NCBI GenBank assembly: GCA_041486545.1
Contig: JBGPLR010000001.1
Location: forward strand, 1-26,929
Length of the DNA: 26,929 bases
Origin: Terriglobia bacterium
Lineage (GTDB): Bacteria > Acidobacteriota > Terriglobia > Terriglobales > Acidobacteriaceae
Reading direction: 5' to 3'
Shown: in pieces, positions 17,012-25,421 of the stretch
Layout of the letters: each line of letters opens with the position of its first letter
Position numbering within the stretch: position 1 is the first letter of the stretch
Notes under the pieces: generated by a model
The model's input: only the letters and a program-made list of their open reading frames with translations
Database searches by the model: none
Told to the model about the DNA's origin: nothing
Translations under genes and position numbers: made by a program

Positions 17012-18280
17012 ATGGCCACCGCCACAGTCCCGTTCTCAGAAGTCACGTCCGCGCAGAAACGCACGCTGGTCGCAGCCGCGCTGGGCTGGGGGCTGGATGG
17101 ATTTGACGTTCTGCTCTACAGCAACGTCCAAGTCCACGTGATGCTGGCGCTGGGCATCCATGACAAAGCCACCGCCGGCTTGCCTAACGCATTCATGTTG
17201 CTGGCGTCCGGCATTGGCGGCGTGTTGTTCGGGTTCATCGCCGACCGCATCGGACGGACCAAGGCACTGATGCTGAGCATTCTTACTTACTCGGTCTGCT
17301 CGCTGGGTTCCGGGCTTTCCACTTCCCTTGGCGTGCTGATTTTCTTCCGCTTCGCGCTGGGCCTGGGGATGGGTGGCGAATGGAACACCGGCGCAACGCT
17401 GGTCGCCGAAACCTGGCCGGTGAACCTGCGCGCGAAGGCCATCGCTATCGTGCAAAGCGCGTGGGCCTGGGGACTGGCGTCCGCAGCGCTGGTTACGGGA
17501 CTATTCTTGCGGATTTTTCCCCAGGACCCTTCCAAACACGATTTCATGCACCAGACCTGGCGCCTGGTATTCCTGGTCGGCTTGCTTCCCGCGCTGGTCA
17601 CTTTGTGGATTCGCAAGAGTGTTCCCGAATCCGAGATGTGGAAGCAGCAGCGCGCCAAGCAAGAGGCTGCGCCATTCTCTGAGATCTTTTCTCCCGGCAT
17701 GCGCAAGAACACCATCGTCCTGCTGCTCTTGAACATCTTTGGACTGTTCGCCTGGTGGGGACTCTTCAGCTGGATGCCTCCCTACCTGACTTTGCCGGTG
17801 GACAAAGGCGGCCGCGGCTTCGGCCTGATGAACACCACCACGCTGCTGGTGACGCTGAACCTGCTCGGCATGTTTCCCGGCTATCTTTGCTATGGCTGGA
17901 TCGCCGACCGGCTGGGCCGCCGCCGATCATTGGTGCTGTTCACTTTATGCGCGGCGCTGCTCATCCCCGCTTACGCCGCGGCCCGGACCCAGTGGCTGAT
18001 TCTGGTGCTGGGAGTATTCGTAGGATTCTTTGGCACCGGGTTCTTTGCCGGATCGGGCATCGTGGGCAGTGAGATCTTCCCTACTCGCGTGCGTTCGCGC
18101 GCTTTGGGTTTCACATACAACGGCGCGCGCGCACTGAGTTGCGTTGCTCCCTACACGATTGGCCGCGTGGCCGACGCTCACGGTCTGAGCTGGGCCTTTA
18201 CCATTTGCGCCGTGGCTTTTCTCCTGGCAATGGTGATGGCAACGCAGCTGCCGGAGACAAGGGGAAAACAGCTTGAGTAG
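17012..18280 (+). CDS. Major facilitator superfamily transporter (substrate unknown)
   Basis: About 12 hydrophobic segments. Motif A twice (GFIADRIGRTKAL; GWIADRLGRRRSL), plus GMGGEWNTGATLVAETWP and EIFPTRVRS. Start set to ATG 17012 because the track GTG lies inside the palindrome arm. Confidence 0.92.
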   Translation: MATATVPFSEVTSAQKRTLVAAALGWGLDGFDVLLYSNVQVHVMLALGIHDKATAGLPNAFMLLASGIGGVLFGFIADRIGRTKALMLSILTYSVCSLGSGLSTSLGVLIFFRFALGLGMGGEWNTGATLVAETWPVNLRAKAIAIVQSAWAWGLASAALVTGLFLRIFPQDPSKHDFMHQTWRLVFLVGLLPALVTLWIRKSVPESEMWKQQRAKQEAAPFSEIFSPGMRKNTIVLLLLNIFGLFAWWGLFSWMPPYLTLPVDKGGRGFGLMNTTTLLVTLNLLGMFPGYLCYGWIADRLGRRRSLVLFTLCAALLIPAYAAARTQWLILVLGVFVGFFGTGFFAGSGIVGSEIFPTRVRSRALGFTYNGARALSCVAPYTIGRVADAHGLSWAFTICAVAFLLAMVMATQLPETRGKQLE

Positions 18281-18442
18281 CCGCAGATCTGCGCAGATGA
18301 ACGCAGACGGCAGAACAACCTAGCCGCGAATTTGCGCAAAATAAATACGAATCAATCTTGAACTTGTTCTGATTCGTTTCAATTCGCGTGGATTCGCGGC
18401 CATTGCGCTCTTGATTTGCGCGCATCTGTGTAATCAGCGGCC
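18279..18442. repeat. Two nested palindromes with ~9-nt tandem-unit arms filling the convergent MFS/typA gap
   Basis: Outer arms gccgcagat-ctgcgcagat-gaacgcaga (18280-18307) and tttgcgcgc-atctgtgta-atcagcggc (18415-18441). Inner arms gccgcgaat...acgaatca (18323-18354) and tgattcgt...attcgcggc (18370-18400). Confidence 0.85.
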
Positions 18443-20278
18443 TTACACCACAGCCGGCGCGTTCGTCGGCAACGCAGCATTCTTTTTCGGCCTTCGGTTG
18501 GCATGCAGGATCTTCTTTCGCAGCCGCAGGTTCTTGGGCGTGACTTCCACCAGCTCATCGTCGGCGACGAACTCAATGGCCTGCTCAAGCGTCAGATTTT
18601 TGAACGGAATCAAGCGGATCGCTTCGTCCGCGCTGGAAGAGCGCATGTTGGTCAGCTTCTTTTCGCGGACGGCATTTACGTCCAGGTCAACTTCGCGCGC
18701 GTTCTCGCCGACGATCATTCCTTCATACAACTCCACGCCCGGCCCGACAAACAGCACGCCTCGCTCCTGTAAACTCCACAAGGCATAGGCGGTGGAGTGC
18801 CCGCCGCGGTCGGACACCAGGGCCCCGGTCATGCGATGCGGGATTTCGCCCAGCCATTCGGTGTAACCGTCAAAGAGCGAATTCAAGATCACCGTGCCGC
18901 GGGTTTCCGTGAGCAGCTCTGAGCGCAGGCCAATCATGCCCCGGCTGGGGATGGTGAATTCCAGGCGCACGCGGCCGGAGCCGTGGTTGTGCATCTTGAG
19001 CATGTGGCCTTTGCGCGATCCCAGCTTTTCAATCACCACGCCGATGAACGCTTCCGGAATATCCACCATCAACTTTTCCTGCGGCTCCATGAGCTTGCCG
19101 TCAATCCGCTTGGTGACGATTTCCGGCTTGCCTACGGCCAGCTCAAAACCTTCCCGGCGCATGGTCTCAATCAGAATAGCGAGCTGCAGTTCGCCCCGGC
19201 CCAAGACCTTGAAAGAATCCGTGTTGTCAGCCTCTTCCACGCGCAGGGAAACGTTGGTGAGCAGCTCTTTCTCCAGGCGGTCGCGCAAATTGCGCGAAGT
19301 CACGTAGGTGCCGTCGCGTCCGGAAAAGGGCGACGTATTCACGGAAAACTGTATGGCGATGGTCGGCTCGTCTATGGCGATGTGCGGAAGCGGCGCCGGG
19401 TTCTCTACATTGGTGATGGTTTCGCCGATGTTGATGCCTTCCACTCCGGCAATGGCCACAATGTCGCCGACTTCGGCTTTCTCAATGTCCACACGCTTGA
19501 GCCCGCTAAAGGAAAACAATTTGGTGATCTTTACTTTTTCGAACGCGCCGCCCAGTTTGGCGATGGCCACTTCTTCTCCGGCATGCAGCGTGCCGTTGAA
19601 CACGCGGGCAATGGCCATGCGGCCGAGATAGTCGCTGTAGTCCAGGTTGGCGACGAGAATCTGCAACGCGTTGGCGGCGTCGCCAGCGGGCGGCGGAATC
19701 GTTGTTAGAATGGCGTCAAACAACGGGCGCAAGTTTTCCCCGGCAACATTCATATCGGCCGACGCGGTACCGGCCTTGGCGTTGGTATAGAGCACAGGGA
19801 AATCGAGCTGGTCTTCCTTGGCGTCCAGATCAATGAACAGGTCGTAAATTTCGTTCAGGACTTCCTGGGAGCGCGCGTCCGGGCGGTCAATCTTGTTGAT
19901 CACCACCACCGGAGGCAGTCCGGCTTCCAGCGCTTTGCTCAGCACGTAACGCGTTTGCGGCAACGGGCCTTCGCTGGCATCCACCAGCAACATAACGCCG
20001 TCCACCATTTTCAGCGCGCGTTCCACTTCCCCGCCAAAGTCGCTGTGGCCCGGCGTGTCCACAATATTGATCTTCACGTCGTGAAAAAGAATGGCGGTGT
20101 TCTTGGCCAGGATGGTGATGCCGCGCTCCCGCTCCAGAGCATTGGAATCCATCACGCGATCCACCACGGCCTCATTGGCGCGAAACGCGCCGCTTTGGCG
20201 AAGCATGGCGTCTACCAGCGTGGTCTTGCCGTGATCAACGTGCGCGATAATGGCGATATTGCGAATTGCTGAATTCAA
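18443..20278 (-). CDS. typA: Translational GTPase TypA/BipA
   Basis: [22 protein letters not shown] and NKID G-motifs, and C-terminal [19 protein letters not shown] 20278 lies 10 nt from AGGAG; the track TTG 20287 is only 1 nt from it. Confidence 0.97.
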   Translation of the reverse strand: MNSAIRNIAIIAHVDHGKTTLVDAMLRQSGAFRANEAVVDRVMDSNALERERGITILAKNTAILFHDVKINIVDTPGHSDFGGEVERALKMVDGVMLLVDASEGPLPQTRYVLSKALEAGLPPVVVINKIDRPDARSQEVLNEIYDLFIDLDAKEDQLDFPVLYTNAKAGTASADMNVAGENLRPLFDAILTTIPPPAGDAANALQILVANLDYSDYLGRMAIARVFNGTLHAGEEVAIAKLGGAFEKVKITKLFSFSGLKRVDIEKAEVGDIVAIAGVEGINIGETITNVENPAPLPHIAIDEPTIAIQFSVNTSPFSGRDGTYVTSRNLRDRLEKELLTNVSLRVEEADNTDSFKVLGRGELQLAILIETMRREGFELAVGKPEIVTKRIDGKLMEPQEKLMVDIPEAFIGVVIEKLGSRKGHMLKMHNHGSGRVRLEFTIPSRGMIGLRSELLTETRGTVILNSLFDGYTEWLGEIPHRMTGALVSDRGGHSTAYALWSLQERGVLFVGPGVELYEGMIVGENAREVDLDVNAVREKKLTNMRSSSADEAIRLIPFKNLTLEQAIEFVADDELVEVTPKNLRLRKKILHANRRPKKNAALPTNAPAVV

Positions 20279-20288
20279 CTTGGACAAG

Positions 20289-20317
20289 CTCCTGTAATCA
20301 CCCCAGTTACCATTGTA
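20289..20317 (-). promoter_or_regulatory. typA -10 box (TACAAT) and Shine-Dalgarno (AGGAG)
   Basis: Minus-strand TACAAT at 20312-20317 and AGGAG at 20289-20293. No good -35 seen. Confidence 0.45.
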
Positions 20318-20557
20318 GCGGACAAACTGGTCACGCCCCGCGCCTCATCCGTGCTAAGGCCTCAAAAGCGGGCAACGTCCCGCACCGGTCTTGCTTGGCC
20401 GGGCAATTGTGGCTTTCCGTTCGCCAGGCCGGCAAAGCGTTGTCTTTGGGCTTTTGTAGAACGCCGTTGCAAGGAGGAAGCCACGCGTCATGCCCTGGAA
20501 CAAATAAGGCGGGCAGAAGCATGCGACAGGTGTAGATAAGCCGTACTGGGCCGTTGG

Positions 20558-20589
20558 CAATAAACACGGGCGGCACCCATGTGCCGCCC
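20558..20589 (-). terminator. Probable terminator hairpin after the kinase-like gene
   Basis: Perfect 9-bp stem gggcggcac (20568-20576) / gtgccgccc (20581-20589) with a 4-nt loop, followed by GTGTTTATTG on the minus strand, 23 nt after the stop. Confidence 0.65.
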
Positions 20590-20612
20590 ACGGCCAGACG
20601 CCCGGAAACTTT

Positions 20613-22718
20613 CTACCGGGCGAGAGATTTGGAGATTTTGATCCGGTCGTCAATCCCCACAATTGCGTTTTCGTGCCACGGCTTGTAACCGTCCTTTTGC
20701 AGCACGATGTCGTAGTTGCCGGCTTCCACTTCAATCTCCAGCGGAGTGGTTTTTTGCAGCGCTAAACCGTTGATAAGAACCTGCGCGCCTTTCGGCTCGC
20801 TCTTGATTTCAATGCGCGACATACCTTGCGCCGATCCCCCACTGTTGAAGATCTTGCCTACGCCGCCGCCTTTCACTTTGATGTTGTCCGTGCGGCCCGC
20901 CACCATCAAGTTTGGTGCATAGCCAGCCGCCTGCCCCGCAACCAGATTGATTTGCGTGTTGGCGTCCAGATAGCCGGGCTTGCGGACGGCAATGCTGTGC
21001 GCCGCAGGATCAAGCATCAATTCCGTGGGCGTCGCCTTGCCGGTGTCACGGCCATCCACAAATATGCTGGCGCCCGCAGGCGTGCTGGCGACGTTCACAA
21101 ATCCTTTGACCGCGTTGAGGCGGACGTCAAGATTGGCGCGGCCACCGGCGCTGACTTGTATGCTGCGCGTTTCCGATGTGTACCCTGGCCGGCTGAACGT
21201 GGCTTTGTACGTGCCGGGGCTCAGTGGTCCTACAACTTGCGGCGTCTTCCAGGATTGGCCCGCTCGTCCTTCAATTTCCACGGTAGCTCCGGACGGAGTG
21301 GACGTAACCGCAAGTTGGCCTTCCGCGGCCGTAGTCGGGGCCGGCTGGGTCATGACTTGCGGCACACGTGCCGCGTTTCTGGCCGCTTTGCTGGAACGCG
21401 TCCGGCCGGAAGACTGCGGTTCCTCGGAAACTGTTGCCACCGGCTGGTTCTGCGTAAACGGCGGTGTGTTCGCGGCCGGCGTCCTTGCGCCCGGCGTCGT
21501 CGCGTGTGGCGCGGGCGCCTGTCCAACTTGGGATTCCACCGCAAGATCGCTCGGCTTTCGCTGGAAGAACATGGCCAGCGCGCCGACCACCAGCAGTCCT
21601 CCCACCACAGCGCCCACCAGCTTCCAGTGGTTGGATGTGTTTACCGTCACCCTCGCTGAAGTCGGCGGAGGCGGCACGCGGCTCTTGGTCGTGCCCGGAC
21701 TGGTCGCAGTCTTTGGCGGCGTCGAATTGGCGTTGAACTGCGCCGCGGAAAACGATCCCGTCCCAAACTGGTTTGCCGAAAACTGGCCTGTGGAGTTTGC
21801 AGTTGGAACTTTTCCTGTAGCCGGCTTCACCGGCGCCGTGCGCGGCTCCCTCATGGCCTGTTCCAGCGCGGCGACCAACTGTTGTCCGCTCTGGAAACGC
21901 TCTGCCGGGTTCTTGGAAAGCCCTTTCAGAATCACTCGGGAAATCGCTTCCGGCACGCGTCCGTTCGCTACGTTGAGCGGATGCGGCATGGAGTCCGTGA
22001 TGGCGCGGTCTACTTCGCCCAGATGCTTGCCGTAAAACGGGCTGCGCGTGGTGTACAACTCGTACAGAATCGTCGATACGGTGAACCAGTTGCCCGCACG
22101 GTCCGCCGGCTTGTTCTTGACTTCTTCCGGTGAAAGATACGGCGCGTTTTCCAGCTTCTTGACCGGCGTTTGTGAAAGCAGGTTCTTGTCCCGCAGCAGC
22201 CCAAAATCCAGGACTTTCAACGTGCCATCGGGCAGCAATTTGATGTTGGTCGGATTCAAGAAATGGTGGACTACGCCCTTGCTGTGAGCAAAGTCCAAGG
22301 CCGCGCAAAGCTTTTTGGCGATGGCCAGCACTTCATTCAGGTCCGGCGTGCGCGCCGCCATCACCTCTTTCAGGTTTTGGCCCTCTACGAACTCCGCCGT
22401 TACGAAAACGGTGAAATCCTTGTAGCCGCAGGTGTACAGATGCGCGATATTCGGATGGTCCAGCGCACTGGCAGCCCGGGCTTCGGCCACGATCCGGTTC
22501 AGCAGTTCGCTGACGTCGTCCAGCCATTGCGGTACCTCAAACTGGCGCAGCGCGGTCACCCGCTCGGTAAGCGGACTTCTGGCCTGGTGGACCACGCCAA
22601 TGCTGCCCCGCGGCAACTCCTTCACCAGTTCAAGGCGGTCCGTGCGCGGAGTGGCAGACGTGCCTGTCGCGGCAGGCGTGGCGGCATCCTCGGGAGTCGT
22701 TAATATGTTCTCTTGCAT
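20613..22718 (-). CDS. Membrane-anchored Hanks-type kinase-fold protein (probable pseudokinase) with three C-terminal PEGA domains
   Basis: Kinase-fold landmarks LDHPNI, LKVLDFG, YLSPE and ERFQS. One TM (WKLVGAVVGGLLVVGALAMFF). Three PEGA-like repeats (VTSTPSGATV..PGY; VASTPAGASI..PGY; IKSEPKGAQV..DGY). Catalytic loop reads HHFLNPTN. Confidence 0.9.
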   Translation of the reverse strand: MQENILTTPEDAATPAATGTSATPRTDRLELVKELPRGSIGVVHQARSPLTERVTALRQFEVPQWLDDVSELLNRIVAEARAASALDHPNIAHLYTCGYKDFTVFVTAEFVEGQNLKEVMAARTPDLNEVLAIAKKLCAALDFAHSKGVVHHFLNPTNIKLLPDGTLKVLDFGLLRDKNLLSQTPVKKLENAPYLSPEEVKNKPADRAGNWFTVSTILYELYTTRSPFYGKHLGEVDRAITDSMPHPLNVANGRVPEAISRVILKGLSKNPAERFQSGQQLVAALEQAMREPRTAPVKPATGKVPTANSTGQFSANQFGTGSFSAAQFNANSTPPKTATSPGTTKSRVPPPPTSARVTVNTSNHWKLVGAVVGGLLVVGALAMFFQRKPSDLAVESQVGQAPAPHATTPGARTPAANTPPFTQNQPVATVSEEPQSSGRTRSSKAARNAARVPQVMTQPAPTTAAEGQLAVTSTPSGATVEIEGRAGQSWKTPQVVGPLSPGTYKATFSRPGYTSETRSIQVSAGGRANLDVRLNAVKGFVNVASTPAGASIFVDGRDTGKATPTELMLDPAAHSIAVRKPGYLDANTQINLVAGQAAGYAPNLMVAGRTDNIKVKGGGVGKIFNSGGSAQGMSRIEIKSEPKGAQVLINGLALQKTTPLEIEVEAGNYDIVLQKDGYKPWHENAIVGIDDRIKISKSLAR

Positions 22719-22892
22719 AGGTAAGAACCACGCAAGTCCTGGGGAGGTGGTGGAACGGGATGATCATACCTAAGACATGTCCAGGATCGTCCTAAAGAAC
22801 ACTGTCCGGCGATTACGATGGTAATTGCCGTATTTTGTCCATGTACTTTATATTCAGCAAGTTACATGGAGTCTTAAGAAAGACTTGGATTC

Positions 22893-23879
22893 TCAGTTCG
22901 GCAGTCGCCAATTCACTACCTGAACCTCTGAACGGCCCACCTTTCTTGATTTTCCCATAGCCAGATCAAGCTTATAGATATCAGTCACTAAGTCAGGATC
23001 CACCCATTGATGGAAAAGCAACTGTTTTCCGTCTGGTGACCACACAACCGGAAAGAACAGCGGGCCGCGGCCCCTCCCGGCGCCCTGCTTGCCCACGGTA
23101 AAGAGCAATCGTTTTTCTCCCGTGCTCTCCCGGATGGCGAAGCAGCTCTTCCGGTTGCGCGTGAAGTAGGCGACGTCATCGCCCACCGGGGACCACGAAG
23201 GCTCCACTCCTTCGGCCAGCTCTTTCACGCCTTTCGTCTCTAGATCCACGATTCCGATTGCGCCGGCTGAGCTGTTCCCGGCTCCCATGCCGCGCCGCCG
23301 AAACTCCAGCGCCAGCCGTCTGCCCCCAGGCGCCCACGATGGCGTCGAATAGTTGGAAACCTGGTAGCCCACATCCTTAATTTCGAGCGTTGGATGCAGT
23401 CGCTCGGCGGACTGGGCTGGTTCCGGAGCAATCAGGTAAATGCTGCGGCCCTGTGCAGGGTCCCCATCAGCGACTGCGGCCAGCCGGCTGTCATCCGGCG
23501 ACCAGGCAACACTCCAAACGGCCGCTGCCTCAAAGACATCTACGGATTTTCCCGTTGCCACGTCAAAAACAGCGATGGCCTCCCGTCTTGGCGTCCCGGC
23601 CAGCACGTGCACGTAAGCGATTCTTTCTCCCCGATGTGACAGCGCCGGCGTTGCGCGATGAGCGCAGCAGCCCTTGATCTCGGCCATCCGCGTCTCCAAC
23701 GCCAGCGGGACAGACTCGCCTTTCTTCATCAGCATGACAACATTGGCATTCGAGTAGTAGGCCAGCAGCTCGGTGTCCGCGCCCTTGGAAAAAGCCGTCA
23801 GCTCGGGAAGTCCGGGGAACTGTGTGGCTTTGTCCGGGGTCTGGAGCAAGGCCATAGCAATGATCAGCACCGTCCTCAA
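22893..23879 (-). CDS. Exported TolB-like / WD40-type beta-propeller protein
   Basis: Repeated propeller-blade motifs (ALSHRGERIAY, AWSPDDSRLA, SWAPGGRRLA, SWSPVGDDVAY, VWSPDGKQLLF). TTG 23879 is 7 nt after AAGGGAG and overlaps the upstream stop (TTGA). Short hydrophobic N-terminus. Confidence 0.8.
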   Translation of the reverse strand: MRTVLIIAMALLQTPDKATQFPGLPELTAFSKGADTELLAYYSNANVVMLMKKGESVPLALETRMAEIKGCCAHRATPALSHRGERIAYVHVLAGTPRREAIAVFDVATGKSVDVFEAAAVWSVAWSPDDSRLAAVADGDPAQGRSIYLIAPEPAQSAERLHPTLEIKDVGYQVSNYSTPSWAPGGRRLALEFRRRGMGAGNSSAGAIGIVDLETKGVKELAEGVEPSWSPVGDDVAYFTRNRKSCFAIRESTGEKRLLFTVGKQGAGRGRGPLFFPVVWSPDGKQLLFHQWVDPDLVTDIYKLDLAMGKSRKVGRSEVQVVNWRLPN

Positions 23880-24517
23880 GGCTTGGCTCCCTTGCGATCT
23901 TGGGAACTCGCGGTAGTGCCGTGGCCGCAATCGTGATGGGCCCGGAAGCCCGGAGCGCCCTTCATCTGCGGCGGCGTCATTCCCGCGCCACTCAGCAGGT
24001 CATAGACGTACGTATTACTGTTGTTGAAGCAGTTCTTGAAAGCCCGGTTGCGGTAATTCTCTGCGCATGAGTTACAAATCCCGCCGGCAATCTCTTTCGC
24101 CAGAAGCTTGATCTTCTCCGGTGTGGCATCCTTCACCGGCTTGCAATAGCCTCCGCGATCAGAGTTGTCAGCGCTCTGGTCCAGATTCGGCTGCTTGTTC
24201 ACGTTGTTGGCTTCCAGAGGATGGATCCCTGCAGTCTGCACCGGCGCCCCGAAACCCGGCACGATCACGCCGGCGGGAAAATCCACGTAACAATGGTGCA
24301 GCCTGCTGACAATCGTCAGATTCAGGCCCCGCAGCAGCGGGTTCCGCGAACTGCCCCACTTGGTCAGCGATCGGCAACAAACCTGAAGGTGGACTTCCGG
24401 CGTTGCAGCGGCCGTGGCCGGACCGCCCGCCTGGGCCGCTCCAAAGCCCGCGGTCACCAGCACCATGCTCATCGCCAGGGCGTCTCGTAGTCTTGGTCGT
24501 ACTCCAGCGTGTTGCAT
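23876..24517 (-). CDS. Secreted Cys-rich hypothetical protein with HCY...NSNT motif
   Basis: ATG 24517 is 6 nt after GGAGGT. Signal-like ...ALAMSMVLVTAGFGAAQA. 8 Cys in 213 aa. Translationally coupled to the next gene. Confidence 0.75.
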   Translation of the reverse strand: MQHAGVRPRLRDALAMSMVLVTAGFGAAQAGGPATAAATPEVHLQVCCRSLTKWGSSRNPLLRGLNLTIVSRLHHCYVDFPAGVIVPGFGAPVQTAGIHPLEANNVNKQPNLDQSADNSDRGGYCKPVKDATPEKIKLLAKEIAGGICNSCAENYRNRAFKNCFNNSNTYVYDLLSGAGMTPPQMKGAPGFRAHHDCGHGTTASSQDRKGAKP

Positions 24518-24549
24518 GCCATCACCTCCCAAAAAAGAAAAATTGCTTG

Positions 24550-25065
24550 TTAGATCAGTCCCAACCTATCTGGCCGCGCGCTTTTACTCTGGGGGATCTC
24601 CCGCAAGAGACAAGCTAGAGCGGCGATCGCCACAAAATTTACGCCAAATAGCCAGTTGGTAATTTCATCGGAAAACAGGAAATGTATGCCCGTTTCAACG
24701 TCGAAGCCGACGCGGATGTTTGGCGCAAGCTGGCTAACCATCACATAGACCCGCAGTCCGGTGTAAAACCCATCGAACGAAATGCCTGGCACAGTAAAGT
24801 TGAGGATCTGCGCAGTAAAAATGATTTTCGCCCACGTGAATGCTCTCGGATTTCCTTTCCACAGGGCAAGACCTGTCCAGACGCACCAACCAAAAAGTAG
24901 AATGAAAAGTCCAAGAATAGCCAGAGAAGGGCGCGGATGAATGCCCAGCTGCCTAAGGGTTTGAATTTCAGTCCACAGGCCCATGGCAATGCCTGCCAGA
25001 CCGCCAATAATCAACAGAAGAGAAATCAGCTTGACGCCCCAACCAACGTTCTTGCCGATGCTCAT
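24550..25065 (-). CDS. Hypothetical multi-pass membrane protein (171 aa)
   Basis: ATG 25065 follows GAGGGA. About 4 hydrophobic segments. Stop is 32 nt from the next start. Confidence 0.7.
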   Translation of the reverse strand: MSIGKNVGWGVKLISLLLIIGGLAGIAMGLWTEIQTLRQLGIHPRPSLAILGLFILLFGWCVWTGLALWKGNPRAFTWAKIIFTAQILNFTVPGISFDGFYTGLRVYVMVSQLAPNIRVGFDVETGIHFLFSDEITNWLFGVNFVAIAALACLLREIPQSKSARPDRLGLI

Positions 25066-25095
25066 CACTCCCTCACGCTCCAACCACTAAGTTCG

Positions 25096-25421
25096 TGGCA
25101 ATTCCGGCGATTTTGGCAATCTCTTTACCCCTCCCCCATTTCCCTCAACTAGGATTCCAACGCTCTTACGCGATTCCTCCCAGAGTGATGGCTGTTGGCC
25201 CTTTCAGATTACTCGATTGCCATCCGTGGCAATGTGCAATCTGGTACAGCCTGGAGGTCTCAATTGGGATACCCCCACCCCTCCCTATTCATCCCAATGG
25301 TCCCAATAAACAAAGGACTTAGCCGGCGTCGATCCCAATCAGGTCCCAATCGATTCGGCAGAGCGGTTGCGGCTGTTTTTGCCTTGGCTAGTTGCTGGCT
25401 GCCAGTTGCTAATTGCTGTGT
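25096..25421. repeat. Mosaic of short tandem and inverted repeats in the 520-bp gap before gmd
   Basis: 9-mers ggcaattcc/ggcgatttt/ggcaatctc (25097-25123) with inverted partner attgcca (to 25222). acccctccc twice (25127, 25277). atcccaat..ggtcccaat twice (25291, 25332) with inverted attgggat (25263). Heptamers gctagtt/gctggct/gccagtt/gctaatt (25387-25414). Confidence 0.65.

Noticed and set aside
16902-18442. CRISPR or other guide-array interpretation of the short repeats
   Set aside because: Units are contiguous 9-10-mers forming inverted arms with no unique spacers, and no cas or other effector gene is nearby.
20331-20591. 86-aa minus-strand ORF between the pseudokinase and typA
   Set aside because: It starts inside the terminator hairpin and has no SD or recognisable motif.
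20826-22308. Three long + strand ORFs (277, 351 and 345 aa) antisense to the pseudokinase
   Set aside because: Shadow ORFs typical of GC-rich DNA. They are Arg/Ala/Gly-rich with no motifs and fully overlap a well-supported gene. The same applies to 1575-2633, 14936-15799 and 18983-19708.
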